The position numbers were made by a program, and so were the translations under genes. Of a stretch of DNA of 64,000 nucleotides, positions 48,975 to 58,586 are shown piece after piece (the stretch's first letter is position 1; each line of letters opens with the position of its first letter). This DNA comes from an uncultured Pseudomonadota bacterium (GTDB lineage Bacteria; Pseudomonadota; Alphaproteobacteria; RF32; CAG-239): NCBI GenBank assembly GCA_902788365.1, contig CADAJN010000008.1, forward strand, positions 2,331 to 66,330. Reading direction: 5' to 3'. The notes below the pieces were generated by a model. That model had not been told where the DNA came from. It saw nothing but the letters and a program-made list of their open reading frames with translations, and searched no databases.

Positions 48975-49199
48975 ATGTCTATTCCCAATTTAATCTCTCG
49001 CGATATTTTGGCTGAAATCTGCCCACAATTTAAGCAATTACGACTTAATCGCAGCATCAGCATTGAAGAATTACACACCGCCGTAAACATCAGTGTCCAT
49101 TCGCTCAAACGCATGGAACAATGCAAACGTTTACCTTATAGCTATTTTAAGCGGTTGGCAAAATTTTACGGCGTTAATATACACATCGTGCTGGGATGA
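48975..49199 (+). CDS. Small XRE/Cro-type HTH protein
   Basis: FKQLRLNRSISIEEL...ISVHSLKRME...RLAKFYGV; GAGGAG RBS. Confidence 0.8.
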   Translation: MSIPNLISRDILAEICPQFKQLRLNRSISIEELHTAVNISVHSLKRMEQCKRLPYSYFKRLAKFYGVNIHIVLG

Positions 49200-49369
49200 A
49201 ACCTCGGCTAGCGTGTGTAGATACCAGCTCAAGGCAGTAAACCTCGGATAGCGTGTGTGATTGCGCCGCAACTTTAGAGCCTTCGGCGCTGCTTTAAGCA
49301 GTGAACGACGTGTAGAAATGCTACACGAGGAGAAAAGTTGCAAGCAGATGACAATTAGACGAGGTTTAC
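49199..49369. repeat. Second RPE-like palindromic element with a duplicated left end and an internal insertion
   Basis: AAACCTCGG(C/A)TAGCGTGTGT twice; CGACGTGTAG-AAATG-CTACACGAGGAGAAAAGTTGCAAG shared with 20705-20745. Confidence 0.75.
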
Positions 49370-50095
49370 CCATTTGATGCGGCATTGCGCCAACTCATCT
49401 CCCGATTTCGTATCGCATATAGAGTGCATACTTTCATCTTCAGTTTGTTCGGTAAAAACATCTACCGTTTCGCCGTATAGCGCTTCTTTTTTGAAGCAAA
49501 GCTCAATTTCAGATGGTAAATGTGTCATCCGATAGTCTTTATCCACACTTTCGCTGGCCCACAACGGATAAATGGTATTATTGACATGACCGTTCACATC
49601 AATATCGTCAAACCGCACCTTGAAAGATGTTTTGCTTGCCGATTCGCTAACCGTCGGTAATTTCGGAAAATCGGTTTTCAAAGCACGTTCACCAAATGCT
49701 TCATAATCCGGAAAATATTTACTCAGCGTCACCGGCCGCCGCCGTTTGGCATCAATCAACACCCATTGGCTACTGGCCAAAATAATTGGTTTGCCGGATT
49801 CGTCAGTCATTGTAAAATCGCGGATGGCACCCCAAAGTTTTTTTTCGGCCGGCCATGTTTCAATCACAAAACTCTCATGCTGGCGAGGCATTCTGAAAAT
49901 TTTCACCAAATAGTTAGAGCCAACCCATGCCAAATCATGCCGGGCACAAACCTCTAACCCTAAACCGAGCTTATCAGCGTTTTCCACTGCAATATCTTGC
50001 AGAATGCTCATTAAGCTCAATAAACGCAAAAAACCATGACAATCTACTTCATGGCTTTTGACATTATATTCTTTTTTGTATTTCGTCGCACGCAT
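49355..50095 (-). CDS. Acyl-ACP thioesterase
   Basis: HEVD, LQDIA, IETWP, RDF, SQWVLID, VRFDDIDVNGHVNNTIY..W..E. Confidence 0.92.
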   Translation of the reverse strand: MRATKYKKEYNVKSHEVDCHGFLRLLSLMSILQDIAVENADKLGLGLEVCARHDLAWVGSNYLVKIFRMPRQHESFVIETWPAEKKLWGAIRDFTMTDESGKPIILASSQWVLIDAKRRRPVTLSKYFPDYEAFGERALKTDFPKLPTVSESASKTSFKVRFDDIDVNGHVNNTIYPLWASESVDKDYRMTHLPSEIELCFKKEALYGETVDVFTEQTEDESMHSICDTKSGDELAQCRIKWVNLV

Positions 50096-50100
50096 ACTAT

Positions 50101-50742
50101 TTAAAACAGTTCCATGCTGCGTGTTAAACCGGCCACGCGATATGCCTCAAAGCGATTTTCCAATCTGGTGGTATAAATCTGGCCCTCTTTCGGATTACCC
50201 GAATGATAGCGTCTGGCCGCTGCTTTCCAATCACGACCGCTTGAGTTATAAAGCGAGCGTAAAAATTTAGCGCTGTATTGCACATTTTTAAGCGGATCTA
50301 AAGCATCTTCCACCGAAGAAAAAGCTTTGCCGTGAAACTTCATATTAATCTGCATACATCCCACATCAATGCTGGTAATACCTTGAGCTTGCGCTTCTTT
50401 AACGGCTTTAACGGCTTCTTCCTTAGAGGCAAAATAATGCCCTTTGCCTTTAATATTAACCGTCCACGGCCAAGCTACAAATCTGTTCTGCAGATTATCC
50501 CATTTGCCGCTTTCTACCACGGCAATTGTTTGCAATAAATCAAAATTAACGCCGTATTCGGTGCCGGCTTGTTGAGCCGCCGCCGAACAAACAGAGCTGT
50601 CATGAAGCTGTTGTTTTACCGGCAAAATATCAGAGTCTTCGTTTGCGTAAATTGCATTGCTGAACAAAATCAAAACACTGATAAGCAATATAAAAAATTT
50701 ATTAAACACGAGATGTGTCACCTTTTTTCTGCCATTTACCAA
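50101..50742 (-). CDS. Lytic transglycosylase (SLT domain)
   Basis: IAVVESG, WPWTVN, SIDVGCMQIN, NVQYSAKFL, RYHS; exact start uncertain. Confidence 0.9.
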   Translation of the reverse strand: MVNGRKKVTHLVFNKFFILLISVLILFSNAIYANEDSDILPVKQQLHDSSVCSAAAQQAGTEYGVNFDLLQTIAVVESGKWDNLQNRFVAWPWTVNIKGKGHYFASKEEAVKAVKEAQAQGITSIDVGCMQINMKFHGKAFSSVEDALDPLKNVQYSAKFLRSLYNSSGRDWKAAARRYHSGNPKEGQIYTTRLENRFEAYRVAGLTRSMELF

Positions 50743-51145
50743 ACATCAGATTTCCCATCTTTTAAGAATTTCTATCTAAACTTTCAGCTTTATTCTCAAA
50801 GCCGGTTTGGTAAACGGAGCTCGCCAAATTAACTCTTTTTTAAAATTAATTTAACGAATTGTTAACATTCAAGGAGTCATATAACACCTCTTTTTATTTA
50901 AATCCAGCAAAATAATTCTTTTGTTTCTATTTTTTGATTTTTTCGCAAATAAATATATGAAAAAACGGCACAATTTTATTTGTCTATTTGTGTCAAATAC
51001 TACTTTTAAGTGTGCAATTTATAACATTCTACCCGAAAACACCGTTTTTTTATCTGATTTTTTCTTAATTTATCTTGAGAGTCGCACCTTCTTGAGATTT
51101 GAATTATACACCTTGATTTTTACAAAAAAAACGTTATATAATATC

Positions 51146-51446
51146 GCTGTCAAGTAATTGACTGCAACACCAGAGGCTGTATGAAATAGGCGCATTGGAC
51201 CCGAGGGCAGTGCTCGGCACCTCCACCAATTTTTATGGGGGTGAAACAGGTTCGACAGTGTTCAGTAAAGATATATGCTGTGTTCGGCAAGATACCACCG
51301 TTATCGGTTCAAAATAAATGAATGCAAATGATAATTTTGCACCAGTTGCAGTAGCTGCATAATTTAGGCAAATGCAACAAAATTCAATTCTTTGAGCATT
51401 GGTTTGCCCAAAGTGGGGAAGGAGCCGCCCAGCAACAGAACGGCTC
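51146..51446 (+). ncRNA. ssrA: Two-piece (circularly permuted) tmRNA; tag ANDNFAPVAVAA*
   Basis: CCA-bearing end GGACCCGAGGGCAGTGCTCGGCACCTCCACCA at 51228; tag-coding piece starts GGGGGTGAAACAGGTTCGAC at 51237; tag ORF 51324-51362; TATAAT upstream; outer ends approximate. Confidence 0.95.
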
Positions 51447-51474
51447 ATTTAATTTTAAGTAGCGGGACAAAAAA

Positions 51475-51966
51475 ATGGTTAAATATGTAGAAGAAATAAA
51501 TTATGACGAGCTTGTAGAAAAATCGCTGCGCAACGTCGTTTATTACGCCCTAAAAATTGCCGAAGAACAGGGATTGCCGGGCGAAAACCATTTTTATATA
51601 ACTTTCCGCACTGATTTTCCGGGCACTAAAATTTCCAAAAACTTAAAAATTCAATATCCGGAAACCATGACGATTGTGTTGCAAAATCAGTTTAAAAACT
51701 TAGAGGTTCGTCATAACAGTTTTTCCGTAGATTTGAGCTTCGGCGGCATTTCGCAAACCATTACCGTGCCTTATGACGGCATAACTTATTTTGCCGACCC
51801 GTATGCCAAATTCGGCCTTAGTTTTACGCCGGAACAAGACAATGATGATGACGTTGCCGACGATTCATCGGTTAATATTGCCTCTCCTCACACTTCATCA
51901 AATGCGGCTCAAAAACCAACTGCGGCACAAGTCATTTCCATAGACAGTTATCGCCGCAAACAATGA
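51475..51966 (+). CDS. sspB: ClpXP adaptor SspB (alphaproteobacterial type)
   Basis: GLPGENHFYITF.T, YPETMTIVLQNQF, LSFGG, F.DP, C-terminal VISIDSYRRK; adjacent to ssrA. Confidence 0.94.
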   Translation: MVKYVEEINYDELVEKSLRNVVYYALKIAEEQGLPGENHFYITFRTDFPGTKISKNLKIQYPETMTIVLQNQFKNLEVRHNSFSVDLSFGGISQTITVPYDGITYFADPYAKFGLSFTPEQDNDDDVADDSSVNIASPHTSSNAAQKPTAAQVISIDSYRRKQ

Positions 51967-52184
51967 AAAAATTTTCTGTTTTAATCGCCGGACGTCACGC
52001 CACCAGCATCAGTCTGGAAGATGAATTTTATGCTGATTTAAATCTGATTGCCGAACAACAAAATATAAGTCGCAATCAACTCGTCACACTCATTGATCAA
52101 GAACGCACGGTTGAAAATCTTTCAAGTGCGATTCGCCTTTACATTCTGCAATACTGGAAACAGCGCTCAGCGCCGCCAAAATGA
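51963..52184 (+). CDS. Ribbon-helix-helix (RHH_4) protein
   Basis: SVLIAGRHATSISLEDEF, NLSSAIRLYIL. Confidence 0.88.
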   Translation: MKKFSVLIAGRHATSISLEDEFYADLNLIAEQQNISRNQLVTLIDQERTVENLSSAIRLYILQYWKQRSAPPK

Positions 52185-53603
52185 AGCTGAGAACAGCACC
52201 AAAACGGTAATAACTTCCAAACGCCCCAAAAACATGGTAAACATCAAAATCCATTTAACTTGCGGGGCAAAAAAAGCGTAATTACCGTGCGGACCAATCA
52301 CATCAATCGCCCCTACTCCCACGTTGGTAATGCAAGCCAATACCGCCGATATTGAGGTCTGAAAATCAATCCCCGTGGCACTAACCAACAACGTTAGCAA
52401 CAACAAACTAATCATAAATGACAACAAATACACAAAAACCGACATAGAAACTTTTTCTGAAACATTAACCGCACCGATTTTCATTGACACAACCCGATTA
52501 GTTTCCACCACCGAAAGCAAATATTTGCGCAAAAACGCATACACCACCTGCCAACGCAAAATTTTAATGGAACCACAGGTTGAACCGGTGCAACCGCCAC
52601 TGAGCGACAACAACAAAACAACTGCTGTCATCCAAACGCCCCACTGAGTATAGTCAACCGTTGCCAAACCGGTAGTCGTGACCAGCGCAATTGTTGTAAA
52701 CATGCCGTTCCACATTGCATAAAATAAAGAATAATCCGAACGCACATATAAAAATGCCCCCAAAACTAATCCAACATATAAAGCAAATTTCAAAAATGTG
52801 CGCACTTGCCGATTCCGATCGGCCGGCAACCCGCGCGAAAGCAAAATATAAAACGTCATCGGCAACGCACCGGTCAACATAAAAATCATGGTCACGAAAT
52901 CTATCAATCGGCTGTCAAATGCCCCGATAGATGCATTTTTGGTTGAAAATCCGCCGGTGCCGATAACCGAAACGGCATGATTGAAAGCATCAAAAAAACC
53001 CATGCCGCATAAAACATAAGCCCCGCCGCAAACGGCAATCAAAAGCAAATAAACCATAACGATACGCTTGGCGATATAGCTGAATCTCGGCATAAATTTA
53101 TCATTTGAATCCGAATTTTCGCGCTGAAAAATCTGCATGCCGCCAATACCTAAAAACGGCAACAGCGCCACCGCAAAAATAACAATCCCGAGGCCGCCCA
53201 AACCGTTTAATAGCGAGCGCCACAATAAAATAGCCGAAGGCAAGGCTTCCACGTCCGAAATAATGGTGGCGCCGGTGCCGGTCAATCCCGAAAATGCCTC
53301 AAAAAATGCGTCGGTCTTATTTTGCACCACACCCGACAAATAAAAAGGCATTGCCGAAAGCACACCCACCAATAACCAACTGACCACCGTTACCAAATAG
53401 GCCTGTTTCAAATTGATACGTTCAAATTTTGTATAATTTGAAAGAAACAACGAAAACCCCAAAAACATTGAACAAATTGCCGACGTTAAAAACGGTGACC
53501 ATTCAACACCGGTCTGCGATATATCTAAACCGGCCGGAATCAGCATCACCAACCCCAAAATGCCCAGAATATATCCGCTGATAGTTAAAACCGGTTGCCA
53601 CAT
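52167..53603 (-). CDS. trkH: Trk potassium uptake membrane protein
   Basis: DAFFEAFSGLTGTGAT, LLWRS, GTGGFS, TTTG, GGCTGSTCGSIK, NVGVG, MFLGRLE. Confidence 0.95.
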   Translation of the reverse strand: MWQPVLTISGYILGILGLVMLIPAGLDISQTGVEWSPFLTSAICSMFLGFSLFLSNYTKFERINLKQAYLVTVVSWLLVGVLSAMPFYLSGVVQNKTDAFFEAFSGLTGTGATIISDVEALPSAILLWRSLLNGLGGLGIVIFAVALLPFLGIGGMQIFQRENSDSNDKFMPRFSYIAKRIVMVYLLLIAVCGGAYVLCGMGFFDAFNHAVSVIGTGGFSTKNASIGAFDSRLIDFVTMIFMLTGALPMTFYILLSRGLPADRNRQVRTFLKFALYVGLVLGAFLYVRSDYSLFYAMWNGMFTTIALVTTTGLATVDYTQWGVWMTAVVLLLSLSGGCTGSTCGSIKILRWQVVYAFLRKYLLSVVETNRVVSMKIGAVNVSEKVSMSVFVYLLSFMISLLLLTLLVSATGIDFQTSISAVLACITNVGVGAIDVIGPHGNYAFFAPQVKWILMFTMFLGRLEVITVLVLFSASFWRR

Positions 53604-53615
53604 TTCAATCTCAAA

Positions 53616-54530
53616 CTATTTCAATGCCACATCTAAAGCCAGCGCTTTATTAACCATGGCACCGTTAATAAATATGCCGTCAACAAAGCACAATGCCGTA
53701 GCTGCCTGCGTCTGCGTGGTATAAGCTACTACGTCGCAGTGCACGGTTTTACCTTCTACCAATTCTTCCAAATAGAGCTGCGCTTCGGTCGCGTCATAAA
53801 TATCCGGATTAGTGTAAATGCCATACAAATAAACGTATGTATTGCCGATATACAAACTGTTTGGGCCAAGCACATCGGCTTTTCCGTGATATTTTTCCGA
53901 CTCGCTTAAATACGTCAACCCTAAATCATTACGCACACGATAATAATCGGCCAAATTTCCCTTATAATAAGGTCCGCCGATTTTTTTCTCTTCCTGCTTT
54001 TTTTTAATTTCCTGCTCGCGCTTTACCTGAGCTTCTTTGGTTTCGCGTCTTAAAACGGCAAAAGTCGGCGCTTTAAGCTTAACCTCATCTTTTTTCTGCA
54101 CCGGCCGCTCATACTTTACCTTATTAAACTTAGCCACATTCCAAGTTGTAAATTTAATCGGCTCGCCTTTGGCCTTAGCTTCCTCTGCCGCCTTAATCTC
54201 CGGCGAAATCTGTTCCACTTTTTGCTTCACATCATCAATCTTCGCCGCAATTTGTTGCGTTGCCTTGTTTTTAATCGCTAATGCTTTATCACTGACAGAT
54301 TGTGTCACATTTTGCACAAACGGTGCCTTAATCAGCTGATAATACCAGCTTGGGATATCTCTAAACGCCACCCCGTAACACATCGGCACAATAATCATCA
54401 CTATCAAAACGCCGATAATAATGCTTAATAGTAACTTAAACCGGCGAAACGGCCATGTCAAAAACATCACAACTTTATGCACCCAGCCTAAAAAACCGTT
54501 CATCTGCATTTCTGCCCACTCACTTTTCAT
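53616..54530 (-). CDS. Membrane-anchored protein with C-terminal thermonuclease (SNase)-like OB domain, probably non-catalytic
   Basis: One TM, coiled region, VLGPNSLYIG...VYLYGI...L.ELVEGKTVHC...C...IN.AMV..ALA; start at 54530. Confidence 0.6.
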   Translation of the reverse strand: MKSEWAEMQMNGFLGWVHKVVMFLTWPFRRFKLLLSIIIGVLIVMIIVPMCYGVAFRDIPSWYYQLIKAPFVQNVTQSVSDKALAIKNKATQQIAAKIDDVKQKVEQISPEIKAAEEAKAKGEPIKFTTWNVAKFNKVKYERPVQKKDEVKLKAPTFAVLRRETKEAQVKREQEIKKKQEEKKIGGPYYKGNLADYYRVRNDLGLTYLSESEKYHGKADVLGPNSLYIGNTYVYLYGIYTNPDIYDATEAQLYLEELVEGKTVHCDVVAYTTQTQAATALCFVDGIFINGAMVNKALALDVALK

Positions 54531-56223
54531 GACTTCCTCCGTATGTTTGTTGCAATTCGGCCGCCTTTTCCGGTGTAATTCTTTCAAACAGCGCCTCACC
54601 TGCCTCAAACGCGTGTCCGGCCGGCAGAGCCGCAATTTCTTTTGCCACATCAAAATCCTTGAGCGATGGCATATCTTTTTCGCTCAACCCGAATTTGGCC
54701 ATAATTTTTGCTGCCGTATCCGGCATCAACGGTGCCGACAAAACAGCATAAATGCGCACCAAATTCAAACATAGCCGTAAAATTGTCGCCGCACGCTTTT
54801 CATCGGTCTTAATCACTGTCCACGGTTCGGTAACCGTAATGTAGTTATTGCCCTCGGTCCAAATTGCGCGCAATTCTGCCACTGCTTTTCTAAACTCCAT
54901 CGCATCCATATATTTAAAATAATCATTCACACGCTGTTGTAAAGTTGCAATCAGCTCTTTATCCGTGTCTTGCAAATCGCCGCCTTCCGGCACAAAACTA
55001 CCCAATTTAGAGGCCGTCATTTTCATCACACGCTGTGCAAAATTACCCAAAACGCCGTTCAAATCTTTGTTAATCGTTGCCACAAAACCCTCAATCGTAA
55101 ATGACGCATCCGAGGCTTCCGGCGCATTTGCCATCAACCAATAGCGCCAATAATCGGCCGGAAATTCCTTAATGGCATCTTCGGCAAAAATGCCGCGGTG
55201 TTCCGATTTTGAAAATTTACCGCCTTCAAAAGTTAAGTAACTGAAGCCCTTCAAATAGTCCACCTTGGTCCAGTTTTCGCCGGTGCCGAGCATGGTTGCC
55301 GGAAATGTAATGGAGTGATACGGCACGTTATCTTTGCCCATAAATTCCACATAGCGCACATCTTTGGCATCCAACCACCAATCTTTCCAGTTGCGCTCAT
55401 TCGGTTTTTCGTCCGACCACTGTTTGGTAATGCCGATATAGCCGATAGGGGCATCAAACCACACATAAAAAACTTTGTCTTCAAAACCGGCCTTATTAAC
55501 CGGAAAACCCCACTTCAAATCACGGGTAATACAACGCGGTTGTAAGCCCTCTTTCAGCCATTTTTTGGCAATGGAATAAGCCACGTCCGGCCAAAAAGCC
55601 TCTTTGGTTTTCAGCCATTCGGTAAGCACCGGCTCAATCTTCGGCAAATTCAAAAACAAATGCTTGGTTTCACGCACTTCTAAATTAGTGCTGCCGGAAA
55701 TCGTGCTGCGCGGGTTAATCAGCTCGGTCGGCTCCAAAACTTTGGTGCAATTTTCGCATTGGTCGCCGCGCGCCTTATCATATCCGCAATGCGGACAGGT
55801 GCCGGTAATATAGCGGTCGGCCAAAAACATCTTATCGTCCACCGAATAAACTTGGCGCATGGTTTTTTCAACAATAAAACCGTTCTTATCCAGTTGCTCA
55901 AAAATATGATAGGTCATTTCCTTATTTTGTTCGCTTGATGTGCGCCCGAAATAATCAAATGACAGATTAAAATCCTTATAAGTTTTGGCATGACGCGCAT
56001 GATATTTATCGCAATATTCTTCCACCGGCAAACCTTCTTTTAAGGCGCCCACTTCCGATGCCGTGCCATGTTCATCATTACCGCAAATGTATAAAACCTC
56101 ATTACCCATCATCCGCATATAGCGCGCATAAACGTCCGACGGCAACAAACAGCCGACCATGTGTCCCAAGTGCGGCACACCGTTAATATACGGCAAAGCG
56201 GAAGTAATTAAGATTTTAGACAT
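54520..56223 (-). CDS. metG: Methionine--tRNA ligase
   Basis: TSALPYING.PHLGH, DEHG, Zn knuckle CPHC/CENC, YVWFDAPIGY, GKDN, KFSKS. Confidence 0.98.
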   Translation of the reverse strand: MSKILITSALPYINGVPHLGHMVGCLLPSDVYARYMRMMGNEVLYICGNDEHGTASEVGALKEGLPVEEYCDKYHARHAKTYKDFNLSFDYFGRTSSEQNKEMTYHIFEQLDKNGFIVEKTMRQVYSVDDKMFLADRYITGTCPHCGYDKARGDQCENCTKVLEPTELINPRSTISGSTNLEVRETKHLFLNLPKIEPVLTEWLKTKEAFWPDVAYSIAKKWLKEGLQPRCITRDLKWGFPVNKAGFEDKVFYVWFDAPIGYIGITKQWSDEKPNERNWKDWWLDAKDVRYVEFMGKDNVPYHSITFPATMLGTGENWTKVDYLKGFSYLTFEGGKFSKSEHRGIFAEDAIKEFPADYWRYWLMANAPEASDASFTIEGFVATINKDLNGVLGNFAQRVMKMTASKLGSFVPEGGDLQDTDKELIATLQQRVNDYFKYMDAMEFRKAVAELRAIWTEGNNYITVTEPWTVIKTDEKRAATILRLCLNLVRIYAVLSAPLMPDTAAKIMAKFGLSEKDMPSLKDFDVAKEIAALPAGHAFEAGEALFERITPEKAAELQQTYGGSHEK

Positions 56224-56340
56224 ATTGCATTTTCTCCTTTTTCTTTTTATCTCAAAACTGAAAGGATTTTACTTTGATTTTGCATAAATCGCAAGCAAAA
56301 AAACAACTCTTGCAATTCAAAAATCGCAAGTATATTAAAC

Positions 56341-56543
56341 TGTCATCCCTCGCACGATGCGACGCATTCGTGCGTTCAGGGATCTCATCTTTCAGTGCGA
56401 CAGCACTGCTTCCTTATTAAAAAAAATTCGTAGATGCCTTAACGCATCCGACTTGCGTCGGAGCGTGGCATGACAATTTTATTTACTCCTGTCATGCTGA
56501 GCGTTCCGCCGGAACGCGTGAGCATCTCCGCACAAAGTGCGGC
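56341..56543. repeat. REP-like doublet plus single unit
   Basis: TGTCATCC...GGGATCTC, AGATGCC...GGCATGACA, TGTCATGC...GCATCTCCGCACAAAGTGCGG. Confidence 0.75.
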
Positions 56544-56588
56544 CACCTCTTGTTACCAACAAAGTAGAAATATATTTTTTTGCAAAAA

Positions 56589-57467
56589 CTAGCGCCGTTT
56601 AATATTTTCCGCCAAATTGATAATCGCCTCGCTGATATCATTCGCCACATTATCAAAAAGTTCTTTTTTGCTTAACGCCACCTCATCGGCATATAACGCG
56701 CGGTTTATTTCCAGTTGCAAAGTCCACATATTGCGCCGCGGCTGACAATAATTAAACGTGATAAACGCCCCCGAATACGGGCAATTAAATTCCACATTAT
56801 AGTTTTTATTCCAAAACTGACCGGCAAAAAAGTCGCTGATGTCTTGCGGACAGCTTTGCGAAAATAAGTTTCCCAGACAAATATCAATCCCCGAGCGGTC
56901 ATCAATAATTGAACAAATTTTTGATGGCATGGAATGGCAATCCAACACCAAACAAAAACCAAACTTTTTCAATATGGTATCAATATTTTGCTGTAACCTT
57001 TTATGATAAACGTCATAAACATTTTTAAGCCGCTCTTGCACTTCGTTATAATCCAAAAGCCCGCCATACAAATTTTCGCGCTGAAAGTTAATGCGGTGCA
57101 CCACGCCAAGCCCCACCCGACAATGCTTGTCAAACAAAACATCAGTATCATTCGGATAGTTGTAAAACATACTCGGGTCCAGCTCTAATTTATCGCGGTT
57201 CAAGTCCACAAACGAGCGCGCCACTTCCATTTTCATGGTTGGCAAACCGTGGCCCGTCGCTTCTTTAACCAATTCATCAACCAGCAAATCTTCATTACGC
57301 CGCAAAGTTTTCACATCACTGAGCACATTTTTCAAAAATTCCGGCGGAAAATAAGTGCCGCTGTGCGGTATAGATAGCAAAAGCGGATATTCCGGATTTT
57401 CCGTATTTTTTTCGCTGAACACGGCCATATTTTTATAGTTAATTTTAAATTTCAGCTTATTATCCAT
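56589..57467 (-). CDS. N-formylglutamate amidohydrolase
   Basis: SIPHSG, ED..VD, RSFVDLNR, GLGV, YH, LDCHSMPS, N.PYSG.FIT, QLEINRALY. Confidence 0.92.
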   Translation of the reverse strand: MDNKLKFKINYKNMAVFSEKNTENPEYPLLLSIPHSGTYFPPEFLKNVLSDVKTLRRNEDLLVDELVKEATGHGLPTMKMEVARSFVDLNRDKLELDPSMFYNYPNDTDVLFDKHCRVGLGVVHRINFQRENLYGGLLDYNEVQERLKNVYDVYHKRLQQNIDTILKKFGFCLVLDCHSMPSKICSIIDDRSGIDICLGNLFSQSCPQDISDFFAGQFWNKNYNVEFNCPYSGAFITFNYCQPRRNMWTLQLEINRALYADEVALSKKELFDNVANDISEAIINLAENIKRR

Positions 57468-57477
57468 ATTCCCTCTG

Positions 57478-58071
57478 CTATTTTCTTTTAGCCGCACGCT
57501 TACGTTTGGTTGATTTTTTCTCTACCGACCATCCGAATTTGCCGATTTTTTTACCCAAACCGTAATAAAAACCATGTGCATAAGCCAACAAACCGGCTTT
57601 TTGCAAATCAAGCGCGCCGCTTTTGTTAATCAGCGCTTCGTCCGCATTAACCGCCACCACTTCAGCCAAAAACATATCATGTGTGCCAAATGATGTTATT
57701 TCCTTAACCTTACATTCCAGTGAAACAGGTGCTTCGCCGATTTGCGGTGCCTTAACCTTCGCACACGCCTGCGGTGTTAATTCTGCCAACGCAAATTTAT
57801 TGACCTCGCGACCGCTTTTCACACCGCACAAATCAACCGCCTTTGCCAACGCCACTGTCGGCACATTTATCACAAACTCGCCGCTTTGGCGAATCAGCTC
57901 GTTGCTATAACGCGTCGGCCGAATAGAAACATAAACCAATGTCGGTTCCGTGCAAATAATCCCCGTCCAAGCTGCCGTCATCACATTCGGCTTTGCCATG
58001 GTGCCGCAAGAAATCAGCGCCGGCGGCACCGGTGCCAACATTGTTCCTGCTTTCCATGTAACTTTAGACAT
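57478..58071 (-). CDS. Flavin reductase family protein
   Basis: PVPPALISCG, AWTG, SIRPTRYS, GEFVIN, CGVKSGR, ECKV, GTHDMF. Confidence 0.92.
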   Translation of the reverse strand: MSKVTWKAGTMLAPVPPALISCGTMAKPNVMTAAWTGIICTEPTLVYVSIRPTRYSNELIRQSGEFVINVPTVALAKAVDLCGVKSGREVNKFALAELTPQACAKVKAPQIGEAPVSLECKVKEITSFGTHDMFLAEVVAVNADEALINKSGALDLQKAGLLAYAHGFYYGLGKKIGKFGWSVEKKSTKRKRAAKRK

Positions 58072-58324
58072 TTGATTTTTCCACATTTTCAACTCTTGAT
58101 AGTATACACCGCTTTTAAAATAAGTCAAGACCTGCGGCTTTTACCCCGCAGGTCACAAGTATTTAGGAATAAAACTATGAAAAAATCTATATCATAGACA
58201 TTAAATAATATAACACTTTTTGCGCCGCCTAAACAGTATGCCAAAGCATAATTTTTGCCAATAAATAGTTTAATAAGTTGCAAAATATCGTTGTCAAAAT
58301 CACTTAAAGGTTTAATCTGTTGTT

Positions 58325-58585
58325 ATGGAGAAAAAAATGAAAGAATTTGATTTAAGTAAAATATCGTTTGAAGATGCGCTGGCTCAGCTTGAAAATATTG
58401 TGCGCGAATTAGAGGGCGGCAAAATCAAACTTGATGACGCCGTTGCGGTTTACGAAAAAGCTGTTGCTCTTAAAAAGTTCTGCGAAAACAAGCTCAAAGC
58501 AGCACAGCTGAAAATAGAAAAAATCAATGTTGCCGCCGACGGCAGCATTTCAACCGAACCGCTTGATAAAATTGAAGAGGACTGA
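58325..58585 (+). CDS. xseB: Exodeoxyribonuclease VII small subunit
   Basis: SFEDALAQLENIVRELEGGKIKLDDAV..YE....L...C...L..A; upstream of ispA. Confidence 0.95.
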   Translation: MEKKMKEFDLSKISFEDALAQLENIVRELEGGKIKLDDAVAVYEKAVALKKFCENKLKAAQLKIEKINVAADGSISTEPLDKIEED

Positions 58586-58586
58586 A

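Noticed and set aside
51233-51448. 71-aa minus-strand ORF
   Set aside because: Antisense to tmRNA.
54520-54653. Large gene overlaps implied by the ORF track (also 58527, 48001, 26098, 4042 starts)
   Set aside because: Downstream ATGs, mostly with an RBS or coupled to the upstream stop, remove or shrink the overlaps.
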